Assembly: GCA_015680685.1 (NCBI GenBank) | Contig: MNCI01002568.1 | Coordinates: forward strand, 580,258-644,257 | DNA: 64,000 nucleotides | DNA from: Gnetum montanum | Lineage: Eukaryota > Plantae > Gnetophyta | Direction of reading: 5' to 3' | Shown here: positions 52,130 through 64,000 of the stretch, in pieces | Layout of the letters: every line of letters starts with the position of its first letter | Position numbering within the stretch: position 1 is the first letter of the stretch | Position numbers and translations under genes: made by a program | The notes under the pieces: model-generated | Database searches by the model: none | What the model saw: the letters and a program-made list of their open reading frames with translations, nothing else | Told to the model about the DNA's origin: nothing

Positions 52130-53975
52130 ATGGATTTTGACTTATTTTAACCATACAAAGCCTGAGAGTCTTGTCGACCACATACCCTCAATAGAGAAAC
52201 CTCTAGAATGGCCTAAAAACTTAGTTAAAACCCTTGATCTTGAAGCTAGTGACATTACTGAACACTCTTTAGTTGAGGTCCTATCACAAGATAGTGATGA
52301 GAATAAAACCTTGAAATTCAATTCCTCACTAGAACCTCAACAAGCTCAAGACCTTAACAAGGTCCTACAAGATAACATTAAGGTCTTTTCCTAGTTATAT
52401 GAAGATATGTCAAGTCTTGACCCACACCTAGTGCAACATAACATCATACTTGATCCTAGCATTAGACCAATTAAGCAAAATGTTTGGAAGATTAGCCTTG
52501 ATTTGGCCTTGGTAATTCATGATGAAATCATAAAGCTATACCAAGAGGGTTTTATTAGAGCTATTGATTATGTAGAATAGGTGTCCAACATAGTGGTAGT
52601 CCCTAAGAAAAATGGGAGTATACACATTTGCATTGATTTTCAAGACCTAAATAAGGTGACCATTAAGGATGATTTTCCTTTGCCTAGTATTGACCAACTT
52701 ATCAATACTACCATTAGGTGTGCCTTATTATCCTTTATGGATGGGTTCTTAGCATACAACCAATTTGGATTCACCTAGAGCATTAACTTAGTATGACCTT
52801 CATGACCCCTTGAAATACCATTTTTTATACCATGATGTCCTTTTGGCCTAAAGAATGGAAGAGCAATCTACCAAAGAGATATGACGTATATCTTTAGTGA
52901 TTAAATGCTAAGTTTGCTCAATGATTATGTGGATGATATAGCTATTAAGTTCACAGTGACTGATGATCATACATGTGGCCTTGACCTTGTGTTAAAATGA
53001 TGTCTTAAATATGAGCTTAGGATTAATTCCAAAAAGTGTGTCTTTGATGTTAAAATTGGTAATATGCTTAGCTTTGTAGTGCTTGAAGTAGGAATACATG
53101 TCAATCTTGATAAGGTTAAGATCATATCCAGCTTGGTAGCATCAAATAACATTAAGAAGCTTCAAGGATTGCAAAGTAGATTATAATTTATCTGTAGGTT
53201 TATCTCTAGGTTTACAGATAAGTTACAACTCATGCAACACTTACTTAAGTTCCAACATCTAAACAAGTCTGTAAATTTATATTTGATAACATAGTAGCCC
53301 ATTTCAACATACCTATAACCATAGTCATAGATAATGGACCACACTTTAGTGGCCAAGAAATTAAGAAAGTTTGTCATAAACTAGATATTAAGCACTCCTT
53401 CTCATCACCATATTATAATCCAATGAACAAGCATAAGAAAGGAATAAGGATATCATCAACTTGCTCAAGAAAATGTTGAATAATAGAAAATGCAAGTGGC
53501 ATGAGTAGCTTGTCCATGCAATTTGGTCCTATTGAACAACCTATCAAACTATAAGTGGTGTTACCCCATATAGCCTAATTTATGATTATGAAGCTGTTTT
53601 ACCTCTTGAATTGTAGGTGCCATAATTATGAGTAGCCTAATCAAACTTTATCAATGATGAATAGAACAAGGAGCTATGTAGCATGGACTTGGACTCAGTG
53701 GAGGAGAAATGGGTGTAAACACTTGCTCACATTGAGTGATACTAGGAGAGGCATAAATGAAAACATAAATATAATCTAAATAATCATAAAATTAAGGAAG
53801 GAGACATGGTCTTCAAAGCTATTCGCAAGCATGTTGACAAATTCTTAGCCAACTAGGAAGGGGCATTCTTGATCACTAAGACCTATGGTAATGGAGCCTT
53901 TAGGATAGTAGATATGGAAGGGGATGAGTTGGTCAATCTAATCAACCATTCCTATCTAAATCCCTACTACATGTA
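52130..53975 (+). pseudogene. pol: Element A pol: RT fused by deletion to the integrase core and C-terminus
   Basis: WPKNLVKTLDLEASDITE; SNIVVVPKKNGSIHICIDFQDLNK..SFMDGF; YVDDI. After MQHLLK (~53250) it jumps to QVCKFIFDNIV..DNGPHF, so RH, aRH and the INT zinc finger are missing. Confidence 0.9.
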
Positions 53976-54992
53976 GCTTGTGGAGACTAACAATCAATAG
54001 CGACAACCAATAATAAGAAAGCTTGCATGACCTCTCTTTGCACAATAGATGAGCTGTAAAACTTTGTAACATTAGTAACCTGTGGTAGCTTGGTTTACTA
54101 ATCATTATATATGGCCTTATGCATTGTATTAGAATAACATGTTTTTTTTGTTGTTTTTCTTGTTCTCTTAGAGTTGTGCTTACAAGATGAAGCCTAGATT
54201 CATCATGGAGGTGCAACTCATTATGATAGCAAGTCACCACATGATCTTGATGTGCAAGATTTGGTGAGTTTATCCTACCACACCAAGAGTGCTTGTTTCA
54301 CACCATTCCTATTACCAATTCTTGAGCCCAACCTCATAGCTTGATTTTAACCTTCCTTACCCTAAGCAACATTGCTGACATATGTCTAACACTCATGCAT
54401 TATGGCCATGTGATACCCCTTCATCATGCTCTACCTACAAGTTTGTTGAATGTAACATATCTTATTCAATGAAACAACCAAATCAAAACTAGCTTTGGTA
54501 ATGAAACCTAATGAATATTTCACCCCACAAAAAAAAATAGAAAAGCAAATTACCAAGAAGCCAAATGGCCAATGAAGCCCAAAAGAATAAACCAATGGCT
54601 TCAAACATGCAAAGGGTAGATCCTAATGTCCAAAGAAGCCTTGGAGTGAAGTGTTGGTTAAAAGAAATTGCTAAGTAACCAACATTTCAAAGGATAAAAT
54701 GCCAAGACCACATTGATTAAACAAATTATCATGACATAATTATAGCCATGATGTCAATATTATAAACTCATTGTTAATCCTCATAACCATTTCCTTATAG
54801 CCAAATACTACCTTTACACTCTATTACCTCATCATAATCTTATCCCATCATCACAAGAACTCTTTGGCATGGTTTAACACTATTGGATCAAGTGCAGAGA
54901 GGGAATGTTGGTCATGGACTTGTAGTGGTGTTTTGTATTCTTTGTCGATGTCTCTCATGTCAATCCTTCAAACATCAACAAAGAGAGGGCAA

Positions 54993-56556
54993 TGAAACAC
55001 CACCAAAAATTCATGTTGCAAATTGTAAACTTCATTTCATAACTTAAGGTAAGGATTCATTGTCAATGTAATATTTGTAGTCCATGAGTTACAATCTTGC
55101 ATACTTTAGCTTTTAGGGCTGAAAAATGCCTTAAAAGTTGCTATTGCCTCACTTTCCAAGTGGAAAGTTACCTCATGTCTATATTTGGGATTGGAAAGGC
55201 TAAAAATGCCTTAGGAATGGCCAAAATTAGCATTTTCATGGGTTTTCATAGGGGTATAGCCTTAACTACGTTGGAACCATCTACCCCCTAGTGCAGATGA
55301 AATAGATGGAATTTTCCATTTCCAACCTAGCATAGTCATCATAAAAACCTAACAAAGATGTAGCATTGGAACTATTGGGATTTTTCATTTTGGAATTGGT
55401 GGCATTTTCTGTTTTGGAATTGGTGACATTTTTTATTTTGAAATTGGTGACATTCCATTTCCATTTCTATTTAACCAATAGTGGCCAACGTGGTCATCCC
55501 AACTCTTTAGCAATTGTAGCATGGCTAGCATAGATAATATTTTCCATAGTTTCTAGTAGTTTCCAACAATTTTCCATGTTTTCCACATGTTCCAACATTT
55601 TTCATAGTTTCCAACATTTTCCAATAACTTTAGCATAGTTCACCAAGGCCAATGTAGTTGGGATGGTGTCAGTGTAGTCACAAAAGTTTGTTTACTATTT
55701 ATAGTAAATAGATGGATTTTTGTAGCTATGGTGTATTCCAAACTTACTATAAATGGTTACATTGAAAATTGTAACCATTGTAAATTGCAAATTAACATCA
55801 ATCTATTAGTATCATGATAGTGATGTGTAGGCCCCAAAAACAATAATTCCACACCTATAAAAACCAAACATAGACATAGTATTTTGAGATAACCTTGAGA
55901 GAAAATAGCAATAGCATTTGGCAATTTTCATAACCCAAAGAGACGTGTGACCTTGTAATCCCTTTGGTAGAAAAAACTAGTAGCTATGTTGGGCATAGTG
56001 ACTTCCACATAATACCATTATACCAAATGTGTAACACCAATTTATGACCATAAATTATTGATCCCAATGGAAATTAGTATAGAGTTTTTGGAACTAGGCA
56101 TAGGAAGCATCTAGATCATGGAGGTTTAAGTGTAGATCGTAGGCTCCAATGGACTTCAAGTTCCCTCAAGCGACTTCTTGTACACTTAGCATAAAATCTA
56201 TATTTTTTGAACCTACTACTTTATTTCCATTTTAATAAAGTAATAGTCCATTGTTATGTAGATTTGACTTCACATTTTCATTTTTGTATCATTTTCCATT
56301 CTAAATCTATAATTCCATTTCCATTTACATTTACATTTTTGTCTTTGTTTACATTTATGTTTCCATTTATGATTTCATTTATGTTTCTATTTATGTGATA
56401 ATTTTACACTTCCATAAATCCCTGGGCGATTTGCTAGATAGTCTAGGGTGCTTTGAATCCTATTTTTGGAGACCCTTGGGATTCGAGGCTAAAACTCTTC
56501 CAGTGCTTGGGATATTCTAGTTTCCATTCCTGTAATAGAATTTTCTAGGTCTAACA
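54993..56556 (+). repeat. Element A 3' LTR
   Basis: TGAAACAC...ggtctaaCA, preceded by the PPT and followed by TSD catct. Confidence 0.9.
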
Positions 56557-57613
56557 CATCTCTGAAATTTTCATCCTTCCAACACTAAATTTTTTAGGCC
56601 CTAGATTTTCTAGTGCTAGAAGAAGGTCCTACATCCAAATTCTTCACCCAATCCTACTTTGCCTTTCACTGTTCTTCGATTTTGACCATTGTATGCCTAT
56701 GTTTGGGAAAAAAATTTCAAATTTCATCTTGGATTCTTTCCAAAGCTAGGATAGCCTTACACTCTAAAATTTTAATTGGATTTTTTGATACAATGAATGT
56801 TATCCTACAACCTATTCTGGCCTCTTGTTTGACATTGAAAACTGGCTTTGGATTCTTTTCCAAAAAACCTAGCATAAAAACTATAGCATTTTGGTAATTT
56901 TTTATTTATACATTGATTTTTGGGCTTCTCCAAGCTCAGCGTATAAATTACAACTAGTTTGGACAACCTACCATTTTCACAAGAAGTGCTAGACTTGTTA
57001 AAGCCCAACCTAAAAACCATAACAACCTACACTTTCCATTCTGCAAAATTTATCTTTAGGCTTCTCTAGAGGCTACCATATTTTTGCAATAACTCATTAT
57101 CATCTTTCCCCTACAACTTTTCAAAATTTTTATTTTTGGCTTCTCATAAAAGCCTAGCATATTTTATATGCTATAGGCTATGGTTGGGTGATCAACCAAG
57201 CCTAATATAAAATTGGTGACCTGCCTAGAACATTTTTACAACAAACTTTTCTAGCAACCACTTTCAACATAGCTCTCACTGCTTGTATTCTAAGACATAA
57301 AATATTAATTAATTAATTTTTTACCAATGTAGTGTACAACACTACCACTACCACTTGCACTACTCTTGTAGTTGTAGTTTTTCACCATATTCCATAAGTA
57401 AAATCTGTTATATGCTAAGCAGTTTCACCTACTGAAACTTTTAATTTGCAACTTAGTGTAATCTTTAGTTAATGCCTTTTCCTAGGACAACCATATTGCC
57501 ACTCAACCTAACCTACATGGCCCCCAACTAGAATGAAGTCCATGTTTATTACCCAAAAGACCCAACTTTCATTCAACATAGACAATTGCTTAGGTAAAGG
57601 GGTAAGAACCTAG
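56557..57613 (+). mobile_element. Element 0 continuation: LTR end, PBS (56611-56626) and 5' UTR, interrupted by element E
   Basis: tagtgctagaagaagg is a deaminated TGGCGCTAGAAGGAGG; the following ~40 nt resemble 14180-14220. Confidence 0.68.
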
Positions 57614-60345
57614 TGTAGCAACTGAAAACATTGGTGGCTGGAACACCGAGAGGTCATTGGGCATACAGCCTAACCCTGAATCTGTGCGAGGGTCATGTTG
57701 AATGTAAATAGATGTAGGGTGCCCTAAATGGTCTAGTCGATCAAACAGGGACTTAAGCAGTGTACAATAACCTTTTTTAAACATTGGTTTTAAGGTTGTT
57801 ATATGCATGTTGAGCGATAAGTGATGAACGTAAATCGATTGAAAATAATGCAAAACATAAAAATAAAAAAATAGAATGAAACAAGTTTAGGTAAGGAAGT
57901 GCACTGCCCCAAGATTGGGAATATGATCTTTGCTGAAATGAAGGAGGTGTACAATAGATGGCAGTGGGAACAAGCACATCTTGTAACAAAGTAGTATGGT
58001 CATAGTTCCTCAAACTTTTGTAAATAACTTGCTAATAAGGACCCTCTGCTTGCCAGTATCCTTGCCAAAGCTAATCACCAAAGAGCTGAAATGCCAAGAT
58101 CGCAACAACAAAAAATGCCAACCACCAGAGAAATAATTGCCAAAAGCCAATAATGCCAAAGGTTGATTGAATGCTCCAAGCCAACAATGCTAAAATCCAA
58201 CCCCGCTAGAATGCTCCCAAAAGCCAACCCCTTGAATGTTGTTCATCTGGGTATTTATAGAGTTAGATGTGGGAGAGAAATGTGGTTTGAGTGCCACATG
58301 TCCTGGGTCCTACAAAGTGCAGATGTGACTATGCCATGCTACTGTGCAATGTTGAAAACTACTATGCTTGTGACCATACCATTCATGCTACATGTGCTAA
58401 ATTTTAGTGAGCTATTATATTTTTTGTAAAGAAAACTACCAATCAGTAAATGCAAAGTGGAGCCTATTCTCTAGGACTACGTCTTCCCTACTCCTGCGAG
58501 CAAGGTCAAGCATAGGTATAACTTTGGAGATGGTTAGGGGGTATAGAAAAATGCAAACTTACTGATTTTTCCTATTGGAGAGGAGTCAGGACGATAATAA
58601 CCATTGCTAACTAGTTTTGTAGCTAACCGAAGATGTCTTGAAGCTGCCACATGAGAGTTACACTATTTATGCTCTCTAGCGTATGTAGTGTAAATATTTG
58701 CACGCTACGCTATGTAGCATAGCATAGCCTAGCTGCCGGTCTTAAACAAAATCTTTCCTATAAGCTGAAAATACCTATATGAGGCCTAGCTAGGCAAGTG
58801 ACTACAACCTTTTCTTTCATGCTGAAAGGTCTTAGGACCTGCTGAGTTCATCTTTGGGATACTTTGGTATTTTTCATCATTGCTACGCTGCGTAGCATAG
58901 CATAGCATAGCAGCCAATATGACATGCATCCTCACCTAGTTTTGCAATGCTTTGTCAAGAAACCATGCTTGAAGCTTGAGGGCGAAGCGGGATAGTTGGT
59001 CTTAGAGGCTAAAATGTGGCAAAGTGCAATCTTCTTACTGAAAACTCTTGGCAGAGGGCCTTCGTGTCTTTTGTCCTTGCTATGTTGTGCTATACTATGT
59101 AGCATAGCATAGCGTAACACCCAGCTTGGCTTGGATTCTAACTTAATCTTGCAAACATTTTTTTGTGGGATGTCAGTCATGTCCTAGCGTGTCAATGGAG
59201 CAAACCTATCGGTTGAAACCTAGGAAAATGTTCCTACTCCATCAGAGCCATATGAGTGGGAGCATTGTAAGAGTGTATCCTTGCTACGTTGTGCTACGAT
59301 GCGCAACATAGTAGCATAGTGTAGCACTTGAGTGAAGAGGACCTTCAATGTGCATCTGCAATACCTGTTTAGTCTTCTCGAGGCTTGCTACCCTATGTAG
59401 CGTAGCAAGTTTCTTTAGTTAAAAAACCTGTCAAACTATTTAGCTCATCTTGAACACTTTCAGTAGCTCCTAACATGGTCTTTAGGTAGACCGCCAGTTG
59501 GACTGAGTACTAAGCTAGGTAGCTTGGAGAGTTCAACAAGCCTGTTAGCTAGGGTGATAGAAAACTTGCCAAACTATACGGTCTACTTTCAGTGCCTACA
59601 TTTTCTGGATGGTCCATCATGACACTACACTTGTGGAAATCCTTTCCCAAATTTCAAGACTCTATTGAAGCATCAGGGTCCTAAAATTTTATGGTGTTTC
59701 AATGGCCCCTCTTTGTTGATGTCGAAGGATCTGCCTGAGAAATTTCGACAAAGAATATGAAACACCATCAAGAACAAGATGCTAACATCACTCTCTAGTG
59801 GTCACTTAGATGTCACATTGCGCTATGCTTAGGAGTGTTGGGTTAGTTAGGTAAGGAAAGGGGGTAAAGGATGGATTTGGAGGAATAGGTTATGGGGAGG
59901 AAAAGATGTAACATAGTGTGATCCCTCACCAAAGTGCTTGTGAGGGAGTTGACATGCATGGACATCTTTCTTTTGCTAGCTTTTGACCTCTCATCAAAGT
60001 GCTTAGAGATGGTCATTTTGAAATAGGTGCGATTCCATTTTTTTTGGGCACTTGTCCTTCATTTTTTGAGCTTTTTTTCTCTTTTGTATTTTTTTCTGTG
60101 CTTTTCTTCTACTGTTCAGCCACGTTCACTTGGAAACAACCTTATTGTTGCAAGGTAGGTGTTTCCTCCCCAAGATGAATTGTGTTACATCCCTATGGGG
60201 CTTTGACCTACCTGCAGATGCTTCCCATGAGGTGACTTATGTTATGCTCATCATGGACTTGGCGGTTGGGCATGTGGGAGGGCTTTATATGCATCAGGAA
60301 AGCTTGTAAAGGAGATGTTAAAAATTGCAAGTATAAGGAACGAGA

Positions 60346-60380
60346 NNNNNNNNNNNNNNNNNGGGGGGGGGGGGGGGGGG
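60346..60380. other. Assembly gap and adjacent poly-G
   Basis: n at 60346-60362, G run to 60380. Confidence 1.
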
Positions 60381-61436
60381 TAGGGTGTGCACTTCCAAGT
60401 AGCCAAGCTAGTCGAAGTGATCACTTTGGAACAATGTAGTGTCTTGGCTTCCATGGCAAAATGTATCTCTGAACGATGCCATCTTGGCTTATATCTTGCA
60501 AACACAACAGAAGCAAACCAAAAGAAACAACCATTAGGTGGAGTGAGGGCAAAGTCCTTCTTGCTTCAGACATTACTGGAGTAGCGAGTATTGTTGCTGA
60601 GGTGTGTGATGTCCAAAGTAGGAAGACTAGTAGTAGTTCTAGCAGCGGAAAGCTGGAAAAGTTGGCACCAAAGAGGCTAGGAGTGGTGGTGACACTAGTG
60701 CTCAGGATTCCTTGCCCAAGGCAAACATCATGCAGTTCAGCTGTAAGGTGAGAAGCCTAATAGCTGAACATCTTTTAGGCTCGGATGATGGTAGTGTTGG
60801 GACTCTAGTAGTAGGTGTTGAGGGCAAGAGCTACTACTAAGATGAGTGGCGATGGTAGCGATAGCTTTGGAATGTCAGCAAGATGTCAAATGACATCTCC
60901 GAAAGGTCAGCAAGATGCCAAGGGCGATGACACTGCATGTGTTCCAGTGGGTGTTTCCTTAGCATCGTGAACTGCATTGTAGAACTATAGCATCCTACCC
61001 CGTGTTGTCCAAAAACTTGAAATTGTACACGCTTGCTTGTTTGTAGGGTTGTGAATGTGAGCTAGGCATTGCACTGTGAACCTAGTTTAGGGTTTTGGTA
61101 GACCATCAGATATGATGGTTTAAGGACCTATCAGACCATGAAGTGCTAGTTTAAGGTCCTAGCAAGCCGTTGTGCTAGTTTAACATCGTAGCGGATGGTG
61201 GATGGCTAGTTTAAGGTCATAGTGGATGATGCTGTGGGTACCAATTTTATGTCATAGCCCAAGGACATGCTATGACAGTTTATAGTCATAGCAGACTTGT
61301 TATGCTAGTTTATAGTCATAGCAGACTATCTATGCAAATTTTACATCATAGCAGACGTATTTTGCTAGTTTTATGTCGTAGAAGATGGTTGTCTTACCTT
61401 GATCTGTACCTAATGTAGTCCTTTACATTAGATGTA

Positions 61437-64000
61437 TTATGGCTTGAGATACAAGTGGTTAATAGAATTTGCAAACTTGTTGCCATCCATATAATCCAGT
61501 TTCAAAGCCCCATTCTCATAAGCTTTCATGACAATGAAAGGACCTTCCCAATTGGCTAAGAATTTGTTTACATGCTCACGAATAGCTTTGAGAACTAGGT
61601 CCCCCTTTTTGATTGGCCATTGATGCAAATTACAGTGGTGGTTTTGTCGTTGCTTGTCCTGGTACCATTCAATATGATCAATTGTTCAAGCACACTCCTC
61701 CTCCATGGAGTCAAGATCGATGATTCTTGACTCGTTGTTTTGAGCCTCGTCTACAACATTTAAGAGGATCATCCGAAGTGATGTAACCTACAATTCAAGA
61801 GATAACAATAACACTATTTCAAATCCATAGATGAGACTGTAAGGAGTCTTACTTGTAGCCATTCTGCACCTCATGCGGTAAGCCCACAACACATAGAGGA
61901 TTTGCCCATGCCATCGCCTTTTACTACTACTAAGCATCTTTTTCAGTAGGTTAATGATGGCCTTGTTTGTTAATTTTTCCTAACCATTTGCCTATGGTTA
62001 GTATGGTGATGAAAAGGATTTCTTGATGCCAAGATTATTGCAAAAGGTTTTGGTTTCCGCGCTACTAAATTGTGGCCCGTTGTCTTTCACAATAGTCATT
62101 GGAAGACCAAACGTTCTTACTATGTTATCCAAGATAAAGTGGAAAACCTGTTGAGAGGTAGTTTTTCTTAGGGGAATAGCCTCCACCCACTTTGTAATGT
62201 ATTCGATTGTGGTAATTATGAAGCTATGTCCTACGGAAGACTTAGGTGTGAGGACCCTATGATGTCTGGTCCCCATCGTTGGAATGGCCATGTAATCTAC
62301 GTAGGATGTAACTTAGTAGGTGATACGTGTATGAGATTTGATTGGCATTGACATACATCAAACATCCTAACTTTGGCTAGGAAATCTCGTTTGATGCAAG
62401 GCTAGTAGTACCCTAGGTGTCTGATTTTTTCCGTCATAGCCCTAGGGGCTATGTGTTCTCCACATAGTCCCTCATGGACTTTGTTAAAAATTTTCTATGC
62501 TTCTTCCCCACTAATGAAAGTTAATAATATCCCATCAAAGGAGTGTTTGCATAAGGCATTATCTCCTATGAGGACAAACTACCAGGCTCACTTTTGGATT
62601 GCATCGTTTTGAACAGAAGTCAAGCCATGTGAGGGTTCGTTGTGTTGAAGGTAAACCTTAATATTTGCATACCATTCTTGGATGTTTGTTACACTTACAA
62701 ATGCAATATGCGTTGCTTGAGTAATAGGATCTGTGCATTCTATTATCAAAGTGGGCAAAGTGGCAAACAAGTGACATGGCATATTCAATGCTAACATGGC
62801 TAATGCATCTACTATGGTGTTTTCATTGCGAGGTACATGTTGAATGTCCAATGTTGCAAACTATTTTAACAAAATCTTAGCTAGATTGCAATAAGGGTGC
62901 AAGTGTGAAGCCTTGCAAGCATAGACTTCAGTGATCTGGTTGACAACTAATTGCAAATCGCCTTAGATTGTCAAATGTTGAATCTTTAGCTCTTGGGCTA
63001 CTAAGGAGTCCTTGATACTTTGCTATGTTGTTCATACAAAGGAATGTAAAGAAATATGCAAAGGGTTGAATTTCCCTAGAGGGAAATGTAATAATTGTAG
63101 TGATGCTTCCACCTTGGATGGTTGCAACACCATCAAAATGTAAACTCACTTCAAAATCCGATGGCACAGAGTTTAGGCTATTGATGTGTTCATCTGGGAA
63201 TTCGGGTTCTATTATTGCTTGATCGTCAATAGGTGAAGTTGTAAGCTATGTGGCTATTTTTTGAACCTTTTTTGATGATTGAGCTACATAATGTAAATCA
63301 AATTCCACCATTATAGCTTTCCATCGGGCTATCCTACTACTCTCGTACAAGTTTGTTGTGATAGCCCAAAGTATATTGCTCTTGCATATGATGTTGACCT
63401 TGCTCTGAATTAGGTAATGTCTTCACTTTTTAAAGAAAATACTAGGGTGAGACAATATTTTTCTACCTCGTTGTATTTTTCCTCATAAGCTATTAATGCA
63501 TGGCTTAGGTAGTAGATTGGAATTTCAAACCCATTGTCTCTTTTTTGACAAAGCAACGTAGCAATAGATGTGTCTAAAGTGGCAAGGTAGAAATAGAAAG
63601 GCTTATCACTCTATGGGGGGTAAATAGTTGGTAGATGCAAAAGCTCTTTATTTAGGTTATCAAAGGCTTATTGAAATTGATCTATCCACTCAAAGTTAAT
63701 CCCCTTTTCAAGTAGGTGTTGCATGGGGTGTAGCTTATCTGTCAACCTTGAGATAAAACCTTTTGATAAACTATACTCTGCCTCGCAACCCGTGTAGCTA
63801 TTTAAGGTTTGTAGGTAGTGCTAAGTTGATGATGATCATCACTTTATCAAGGTCCACTCATATTCCTATTTCTAATACTATGAAACCTAGCATGCATCTA
63901 GTTTTAACTCTGAAAACACATTTCTTAGGGTTGAGGCATAGGTCATTCCTCTAACAATGTTGGAGGACTATATTGAAATCATTGGGATGATCTGTAGCTT
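61437..64000 (-). pseudogene. pol: Element E pol (RT end - RH - aRH - INT)
   Basis: LHFDGVATIQGG..NNIAKYQGLL; HVPRNENTIVDALA; YITKWVEAIPL..DNGPQF; KFLANWEGPF. Confidence 0.93.

Larger units (their letters stand above)
12627..56556 (+). mobile_element. Element A: Tat/Ogre-type LTR retrotransposon hosting nested insertions B and D
   Basis: Similar LTRs at 12627-14161 and 54993-56556; TSD catcc/catct; PBS tggtgctagaagga at 14168; PPT aagagagggc at 54981-54990; gag-PR at 15-17.3 kb and RT/INT at 52.1-54 kb. Confidence 0.85.
57614..64000 (-). mobile_element. Element E: Tat/Ogre-type retrotransposon, 3' half, related to B
   Basis: 3' LTR 57614-59701 (TGAAACACC on the minus strand); PPT next to 59702; 3' UTR similar to 20547-21850; pol runs off the window. 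Confidence 0.92.

Noticed and set aside
54981-56626. Tandem retroelement sharing one LTR (PPT before, PBS after)
   Set aside because: The catcc/catct TSD shows A inserted near the end of the element 0 LTR, so the PBS at 56611 belongs to element 0.
60363-60380. Poly-G / G-quadruplex
   Set aside because: It is adjacent to an assembly gap, so its length is unreliable and it may be an artefact.

Overview
Eukaryotic, land-plant DNA with no intact host gene. It is almost entirely a nested stack of decayed Ty3/gypsy LTR retrotransposons, heavily mutated by C>T/G>A transitions. The first 1.7 kb holds intronless fragments of xanthine dehydrogenase and ascorbate peroxidase; the XDH exons are in a permuted order consistent with back-splicing. 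Then come an Athila-like remnant and a chromovirus-like integrase remnant. The Tat/Ogre-type nest is: element 0 LTR (10166..12626 + 56557..~56606), containing element A (12627..56556, +), which contains element B (18939..37628, -) and Athila D (41395..50888, -). B carries a foreign LTR piece C, and Tat element E runs from 57614 past the window end. Main result: in both A and B, gag-protease is separated from RT-RH-aRH-INT by about 6 kb. That spacer holds an antisense, intron-containing gene that is homologous between the two elements, with ungapped alignments and a shared intron position. In B this gene encodes an FCP1/NIF (HAD) phosphatase-like domain with altered catalytic residues, a plant-transposon/PMD-like domain and a coiled coil. 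All calls come from manual translation and alignment; no database searches were run.
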